Shown here: piece after piece, positions 16,923-21,786 of the stretch
Position numbering within the stretch: position 1 is the stretch's first letter
Layout of the letters: each line of letters begins with the position of its first letter
Origin: a bacterium
GTDB lineage: Bacteria > Sysuimicrobiota > Sysuimicrobiia > Sysuimicrobiales > Kaftiobacteriaceae
Reading direction: 5' to 3'
Length of the DNA stretch: 21,786 bases
Assembly (NCBI GenBank): GCA_044868695.1
Contig: JBIOWP010000110.1
Span: forward strand, 1-21,786
The notes under the pieces: generated by a model
What the model saw: the letters and a program-made list of their open reading frames with translations, nothing else
What the model was told of the DNA's origin: nothing
The model's database searches: none
Position numbers and translations under genes: made by a program

Positions 16923-18331
16923 CGATCCTCCGCCGCGCCCTTCCCCTCACGCTGGTTGCGCTGGAGTTTTCCTGGGCCTACCCATGGGTGCTGCTGCTCA
17001 GCGGCACGTTCTATGGGTCGCCCACCATTCCGCTGCTTCCGGCGGGATCGGTCCTGGCCCTGCTGGCTGTCGGACATCTGACCGTGCGGGCTGCGCTGGC
17101 GCGGCCCTGGATGCTCTCCACGACCAGAACCGTGGTCGTCGCGGCGGGCTGCGCGGTGGGATTGACCGCGGTCAAGCTTGCGTACTACCCGCAGGCGCCG
17201 TGGGATGCGCGGTGGATCGGTGCGCTGCTGGTTGCCGCGCACGATGCCCTTCCTGCGATCACTCCGCCCGTCGTGGCCGCGCTGGCCGCCACCGTCTTGT
17301 GGTGGCGGGGAGTGGTGCTGGGGGAACGGGAGTTCGGCTACTTCGAAGTGGATCGCGCGTTCCGCCGCGGCATCGGGTGGAGCGTTGTGTTCGTGTTCCT
17401 GCTGGCACTGTACGGGGACACCCGAGGCTTCGCCCTGGCCGGTCCGGCGCCGGCGTACCTGCTGGCGTTCTTCTCGGTCGGCCTGAGCGCACTTGCCGTC
17501 ACCAGGCTGCTAGCGCTATGGGAAGAAGGGCAGGCCGACCCGGCTCAGGCGCTGGCCGCCAACCGGCACTGGCTGCTGATGCTGCTGGGGGTCGTGGGCG
17601 CGATCTTCTCCGCGGCCGCCATGGTCGCCGGCCTTGTGCACGTCGAGATGCGGCCGGTGCTGGGGAAACTGCTCCACCCGCTGGCCCCCGCGGCCGAGTT
17701 CATCTTCTATGTCTTGTTTGCCGTCGCCATGGTGGTCGCCCGTCTCCTGGTCTTCGTGTTTGCGCGGCTGCCGTTCCGGCGGATCGTCATGCCCGCGCCG
17801 GCGGCTGTGGCTCCGCCGTCGTTTCGGGATCTGCTGAAGGACCTCCCGCCTGAGGTGGTCAGCGGCGCACGCTGGGGGATGGTGGTCCTGGTGGTGGCCG
17901 TCCTGGTGATCCTCGTTGCCGTTTCGATCGTGCGGGCACGGCGGCGGGCGCGCAAGAAAGACGATGATGAACGGGAGTCGGTGTGGTCGGGTGAGGCGGT
18001 GGTCGGCGGGCTCGGATCCATCTGGAGGAGACTGTGGGCGCGGTCCCGGACGGGGCCGCGCGCCGACCTGCCTGCCGTGAGCGCCATCCGGGCGATCTAC
18101 CGGGAGATGCTGCTGGTCGGCGAGGCCCTGACCGCACCCCGCGCGCCGCACCAGACGCCCCACGAGTACCGGCCGGTCCTGACCGCGCGGCTCCCGGGCT
18201 GCGAGGTGGATATCGCGTCCCTGACGGAGGCGTATGCGCACGTGCGGTACGCGTCGGTCCTCCCCGACGCGGCTGCAATCGAGCGCGCGCAGGCCGCGCT
18301 GGACCGCATCAAGGCATCGGTGAGCCCTTGA
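16919..18331 (+). CDS. Multi-pass membrane protein with C-terminal DUF4129-like domain
   Basis: GTG 16919 (GTGA overlap, SD GGAGG 16907-16911); many hydrophobic segments; C-terminal IRAIY...PRAPHQTPHEY...LTEAYAHVRY pattern typical of DUF4129. Confidence 0.8.
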   Translation: MTILRRALPLTLVALEFSWAYPWVLLLSGTFYGSPTIPLLPAGSVLALLAVGHLTVRAALARPWMLSTTRTVVVAAGCAVGLTAVKLAYYPQAPWDARWIGALLVAAHDALPAITPPVVAALAATVLWWRGVVLGEREFGYFEVDRAFRRGIGWSVVFVFLLALYGDTRGFALAGPAPAYLLAFFSVGLSALAVTRLLALWEEGQADPAQALAANRHWLLMLLGVVGAIFSAAAMVAGLVHVEMRPVLGKLLHPLAPAAEFIFYVLFAVAMVVARLLVFVFARLPFRRIVMPAPAAVAPPSFRDLLKDLPPEVVSGARWGMVVLVVAVLVILVAVSIVRARRRARKKDDDERESVWSGEAVVGGLGSIWRRLWARSRTGPRADLPAVSAIRAIYREMLLVGEALTAPRAPHQTPHEYRPVLTARLPGCEVDIASLTEAYAHVRYASVLPDAAAIERAQAALDRIKASVSP

Positions 18332-18335
18332 CAGC

Positions 18336-18346
18336 TGTGTTATAAT
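18336..18346 (+). promoter_or_regulatory. Extended -10 promoter of the T-box leader
   Basis: TGTG-T-TATAAT at 18336-18346, about 20 nt upstream of T-box Stem I. Confidence 0.75.
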
Positions 18347-18367
18347 TCCCGTTACCACTTGCAAACA

Positions 18368-18645
18368 GGCCGATGACCGGGGGAAGTACCCGGCGGCGCG
18401 CTCAGGAGAGAGCCGCGGAACGGTGAGAACGCGGCAGCGCGACGGCGAGGGAATGGGCCCGGGAGGCGCGCACCGAAGGCGTGATGCGCAATACAAATCA
18501 CGCCAGTAGGTTGCGCCGGCATCTCCGCCGTGACCATCGGAGACAGGACCAGCGAGCGCCGGCCAGCGGGCCGGAAGCCGGGTGGCACCGCGGGAGTTGT
18601 GGATCACCTCTCGCCCCTTGGTAGGGGAGAGAGGTGTTTGTATTT
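18368..18645 (+). ncRNA. T-box riboswitch, transcriptional type, Trp specifier
   Basis: K-turn GA motif (GATGA 18372-18376 / GA 18463-18464); AGTA 18385-18388; AG box GAGAGAG 18406-18412; apical GGTGAGA 18422-18428; specifier loop GAA-TGG-G 18451-18457; Stem II with GAA/AGTA S-turn (about 18467-18517); T-box GGGTGGCACCGCG 18580-18592; GCGGGAG/CTCTCGC antiterminator helix. Confidence 0.93.
18605..18645 (+). terminator. Intrinsic terminator of the T-box leader
   Basis: CACCTCTCGCCCCT-TGGT-AGGGGAGAGAGGTG followed by TTTGTATTT; the left arm overlaps the antiterminator 3' strand. Confidence 0.9.
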
Positions 18646-18658
18646 CTGGAGGGCTGGG

Positions 18659-18715
18659 ATGCTCACGGAGAAGGAACCGTCGGGATGGCGATCTTACACG
18701 GGGGCGAGACGATGA
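18659..18715 (+). CDS. Candidate 18-aa leader peptide [18 protein letters not shown]
   Basis: SD GGAGG 18648-18652, 6 nt before ATG 18659; its TGA (18713-18715) overlaps the aroF ATG (18712). Translation is unproven. Confidence 0.4.
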   Translation: MLTEKEPSGWRSYTGARR

Positions 18716-19752
18716 TCATCGTCATGGAGCCGCGCGCGCCGCGCGAACAGATCGACGCGGTCGTCAAGAAGATCCAGGACGCCGGCCTGGGCACGCATCT
18801 CTCGGTGGGCGTCGAGCGCACCGTGATCGGCGTCGTCGGCGACAGCCACACCAAGGAGTCGCTGCGCCAGTCGCTGGAGGCGACCCCCGGCGTGGAGAAG
18901 GTCGTCCCGATCCTCCAGCCGTTCAAGCTCGTCAGCCGGGACTTCAAGCCGGACAACACGGTCGTCACGGTCAAGGGCGTGCGGTTCGGCGACGGCCCGG
19001 TCACCGTCGTCGCCGGTCCCTGTTCCGTGGAGAGTCTCGAGCAGATCGTGGGGACCGCGAAGGCGGTCAAGGCGGCGGGCGCGGTGATGCTCCGGGGAGG
19101 CGCGTTCAAGCCGCGCACGTCGCCGTACACGTTCCAGGGGCTGGAAGAGGAAGGGCTGCGCTATCTGGCGGAGGCGCGCAGCGCGACGGGCCTGCCGGTC
19201 GTTACCGAGGCGATGGACGCGTACCAGCTCCAGTTGGTGGTGAGGTACGCCGACATGGTGCAGATCGGCGCGCGCAACATGCAAAACTACACCTTGCTGC
19301 GGGAAGCCGGCCGGGCCAAACAACCTGTCCTGTTGAAGCGCGGACCTAGCGCGACCATCCAAGAGCTGTTGCTTGCGGCAGAGTACATCATGAACGAGGG
19401 CAACTACGACATCGTGCTCTGTGAGCGGGGCATCCGCGGCTTCGACAACTACACCCGGTACCTGCTCGATCTCAGCGCGGTGCCGGTGCTCAAGGAGTTG
19501 ACGCACCTGCCGGTGATCGTGGATCCCAGTCAGGGCACCGGCAAGCGCAAGTACGTGGCGCCGATGTCGCGGGCGGCCGTGGCCGCCGGCGCCGATGGAC
19601 TGATCGTGGAGGTCCATCCCGATCCCGAGAAGGCCCGCAGTGACGGCCCGCAGCAGCTTACCCCCGACCAATTCCGCGCGCTCATGAACGAGCTCGGGCC
19701 GCTTGCGAAGGCTCTCGGCCGCAAGGTCCAGGAGCCCGCGTTGTCGAGATAA
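18712..19752 (+). CDS. aroF: DAHP synthase, type I-beta with N-terminal ACT/ferredoxin-like regulatory domain
   Basis: MIIVM...[11 protein letters not shown]-terminal domain; [56 protein letters not shown] and [15 protein letters not shown]. An alternative in-frame ATG lies at 18685. Confidence 0.95.
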   Translation: MIIVMEPRAPREQIDAVVKKIQDAGLGTHLSVGVERTVIGVVGDSHTKESLRQSLEATPGVEKVVPILQPFKLVSRDFKPDNTVVTVKGVRFGDGPVTVVAGPCSVESLEQIVGTAKAVKAAGAVMLRGGAFKPRTSPYTFQGLEEEGLRYLAEARSATGLPVVTEAMDAYQLQLVVRYADMVQIGARNMQNYTLLREAGRAKQPVLLKRGPSATIQELLLAAEYIMNEGNYDIVLCERGIRGFDNYTRYLLDLSAVPVLKELTHLPVIVDPSQGTGKRKYVAPMSRAAVAAGADGLIVEVHPDPEKARSDGPQQLTPDQFRALMNELGPLAKALGRKVQEPALSR

Positions 19753-19828
19753 TTGCGAATTGCGGATTGCCGATTGCGGATTGAAACTGCGCAGTTCAAT
19801 TCGCAATTCACAATTCGCAATCCGAAAT
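19749..19828. repeat. CGGATTG-type heptamer tandem/inverted repeat element
   Basis: ATAATTG CGAATTG CGGATTG CCGATTG CGGATTG (19749-19783), palindromic spacer AACTGCGCAGTT (19785-19796), then CAATTCG CAATTCA CAATTCG CAATCCG AAAT (19797-19828). Confidence 0.92.
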
Positions 19829-19839
19829 AGGGTGTTGCC

Positions 19840-20670
19840 GTGGACCGACTTGGAACAGTGGGTATCGTCGGTGTCGGCCTGATCGGCGCCTCTCTGGGCC
19901 TGGCGCTGCGCCGCGGACACATCGCGGACCGGGTGGTGGGGATGGACGTTGACGGCGACGCCCTGGCCGTCGCGCGGGAGGCTGGGGCGATCGACGCGGG
20001 CGCGACCGGCCTGGACATCTTGAAGGGAACAGATCTGGCGGTGGTCGCGGTGCCTCCCGACGACGTTATCCCCACGGCGGTCAGGGTCGCGGACGTGATG
20101 AAGCCCGGCAGCGTCCTCACCGACGTGGCGAGCACCAAGGCCGCCATCGTGCGCGCGCTGGAAGAACGTCTGCCGCCGCGGGTCCGCTACATCGGCGGTC
20201 ACCCCATGGCGGGCTCGGAGGGACGCGGGGCCCGGAATGCCGATGCCGCGCTGCTGGTGGGCCGGCCGTTCCTCCTCACGCCGACGGAGCACACCGATCC
20301 AACGGCCGTCTCCGTGATGACGGAGCTCGCCGAGCGGCTGGGGATGCAGCCCGTGCTCCTGTCCCCGGCCGATCACGATGATCTGGTGGCGCAGATCAGC
20401 CACCTCCCGTACCTCCTGGCCACGGCGGTAGTCGCGGCGGCCACGGACCGGGCGATCGGCATCAGCGGTCCTGCATTCGCCAGCCTCGCGCGCATCGCGG
20501 GCAGCCCGGCGGAGCTGTGGACGCAGATCTGCCGGGGCAATCGCGCCGCTATCAAGCAGGCGCTGAAGCAGTTCCGCCGCGAGCTGGACCGCCTGGAGCG
20601 CGCGCTGGATGGCGAGGAATCTCTGGAAGCGCTGCTGCAGCGGAGCCGGCGGGCCCAGGACAACCGGTGA
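19840..20670 (+). CDS. tyrA: Prephenate/arogenate dehydrogenase (no C-terminal ACT domain)
   Basis: GIVGVGLIGASL (Rossmann), TDVASTK, IGGHPMAGSE, HDDLVAQISHLP and RIAGSPAELW; GTG start. Confidence 0.93.
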   Translation: MDRLGTVGIVGVGLIGASLGLALRRGHIADRVVGMDVDGDALAVAREAGAIDAGATGLDILKGTDLAVVAVPPDDVIPTAVRVADVMKPGSVLTDVASTKAAIVRALEERLPPRVRYIGGHPMAGSEGRGARNADAALLVGRPFLLTPTEHTDPTAVSVMTELAERLGMQPVLLSPADHDDLVAQISHLPYLLATAVVAAATDRAIGISGPAFASLARIAGSPAELWTQICRGNRAAIKQALKQFRRELDRLERALDGEESLEALLQRSRRAQDNR

Positions 20671-20674
20671 CGTG

Positions 20675-21786
20675 ATGGCGACGGTGCTCGACATCGAGCC
20701 GACGAAGACGGAATTTCTCAGCCGCACGCGCGGCGGGAACCTGATCCCGGTGTCATGTGAGCTACCGGCCGACCTGGAAACGCCGATCTCGACCTTTCTG
20801 AAAATCCGCGGAGACGGCGACGCGTTCCTTCTGGAGAGTGTGGAAGGCGGGGAGCGCATCGGACGCTACTCGTTCATCGGCAGCGGTCCGGTCGCCAGCA
20901 TCGTCTCCCGCGGCGATCAGGTCGACATCCGCGACGGCAGCCGGCGGGAGCGGCGCACCGCGGACGTGCTCGACGTCACGCGCGAGATCCTGCGCCGGCA
21001 CCGGCCGGTGGTCGACCCGTCCCTGCCACGATTCACGGGCGGCGCCGTCGGATACTTCGGATACGATTTGGTGCGGTCGTGGGAGCGGTTGCCGCGCCGC
21101 CCCGCGGACGATCTGGCGCTGCCGACCTGCTATCTGGCCGTGGCCGACACCGTCGTCATCTTCGACCACGTGCGCCACACGATGAAGATCGTCGCCAACG
21201 CGGCGGTCGACGGAGACGGCGGATCGGCGTACCGGAGCGCCGTCGAGAAGGTGGAGCGGCTCTACGACCAGCTGCGGACCCCGGCCGCGCCTCCGCCCGG
21301 CGGCGGCAGGGTCCTGCCGGTCATGGACAGCGACATGCCGGTGGCGACGTTCCTGCAGGCGGTGGAACGCGCCAAAGAGTACATCCGCGCGGGGGACATC
21401 TTCCAGGCCGTGTTGTCGAGACGGTTCTCCGCCGTCGTTGAGGACGTGGATGCCCTGGACCTCTACCGGGCGCTGCGGACGGTGAACCCGTCGCCGTACA
21501 TGTTCTTCCTTGACTTCGAGGGCGTGAAGATCATCGGGTCGTCTCCGGAGCTGCTGGTCCGGCTCGAGGGGGACGTAGTGGAGACGCGGCCCCTGGCCGG
21601 CACCAGACCGCGGGGGACAAGTGACGAGGACGACCGCGCGCTGGAAGCGCAGCTGCTGGCCGACGAGAAGGAGCGCGCGGAGCACGTGATGCTGGTGGAT
21701 CTGGGCCGCAATGACCTGGGCCGCGTCTGTGAATACGGGACGGTGCGCGTGACCGACCTGATGAGCGTGGAGCGATTTTCCCACGT
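20675..21786 (+). CDS. trpE: Anthranilate synthase component I (3'-truncated by the window edge; absent from the ORF track)
   Basis: Manual translation: MATVLDIEPTKTEF...ADLETPIS...FLLESVEGGERIGRYSFIG...FTGGAVGYFGYD...AGDIFQAVLS...NPSPYMFF...GSSPELLV...RPLAGTRPRG...DEKERAEHVMLVDLGRNDLGRV...ERFSH. The LLES and NPSPYM Trp-feedback motifs and the upstream Trp T-box favour TrpE over PabB. Confidence 0.92.
   Translation, partial: MATVLDIEPTKTEFLSRTRGGNLIPVSCELPADLETPISTFLKIRGDGDAFLLESVEGGERIGRYSFIGSGPVASIVSRGDQVDIRDGSRRERRTADVLDVTREILRRHRPVVDPSLPRFTGGAVGYFGYDLVRSWERLPRRPADDLALPTCYLAVADTVVIFDHVRHTMKIVANAAVDGDGGSAYRSAVEKVERLYDQLRTPAAPPPGGGRVLPVMDSDMPVATFLQAVERAKEYIRAGDIFQAVLSRRFSAVVEDVDALDLYRALRTVNPSPYMFFLDFEGVKIIGSSPELLVRLEGDVVETRPLAGTRPRGTSDEDDRALEAQLLADEKERAEHVMLVDLGRNDLGRVCEYGTVRVTDLMSVERFSH

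Noticed and set aside
18328..18333. Perfect TTGACA upstream of TATAAT
   Set aside because: Only 7 nt from the -10 (about 17 needed) and it overlaps the upstream TGA stop; the extended -10 explains the promoter.
18694..20859. 721-aa minus-strand ORF, and other long antisense ORFs (10815-12452, 6039-7196, 2644-3780, 20762-21784)
   Set aside because: They lie opposite well-supported genes, have no recognisable motifs, and are the expected shadow ORFs of high-GC coding DNA.

Overview
High-GC bacterial chromosomal window in which every real gene is on the + strand. Gene order: 3' part of gyrA; a PDZ-less M50 (site-2) peptidase; a GNAT acetyltransferase; a sugar ABC binding protein and two permeases (no ATPase); an AlaX tRNA-editing protein; a small HExxH metallopeptidase; a histidine phosphatase; then a near-complete aromatic amino acid cluster. 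That cluster has two parts: aroE-aroC-aroK/aroB fusion-aroQ-aroH-aroA-moxR-DUF58-DUF4129-type membrane protein, probably from a leaderless extended -10 promoter; and a Trp-specific T-box riboswitch followed by aroF-tyrA-trpE (trpE runs off the end). The most unusual signal is five gene junctions occupied by elements of one architecture (about 4 tandem 7-8 nt units, a spacer, then inverted units) built from three unrelated repeat units. Each sits on the upstream stop codon and ends just before the next start codon, and two copies share an identical 15-nt 3' end. An 18-codon Trp/Tyr-containing uORF lies between the T-box terminator and aroF. All protein calls come from motif recognition by eye; no database search was run.
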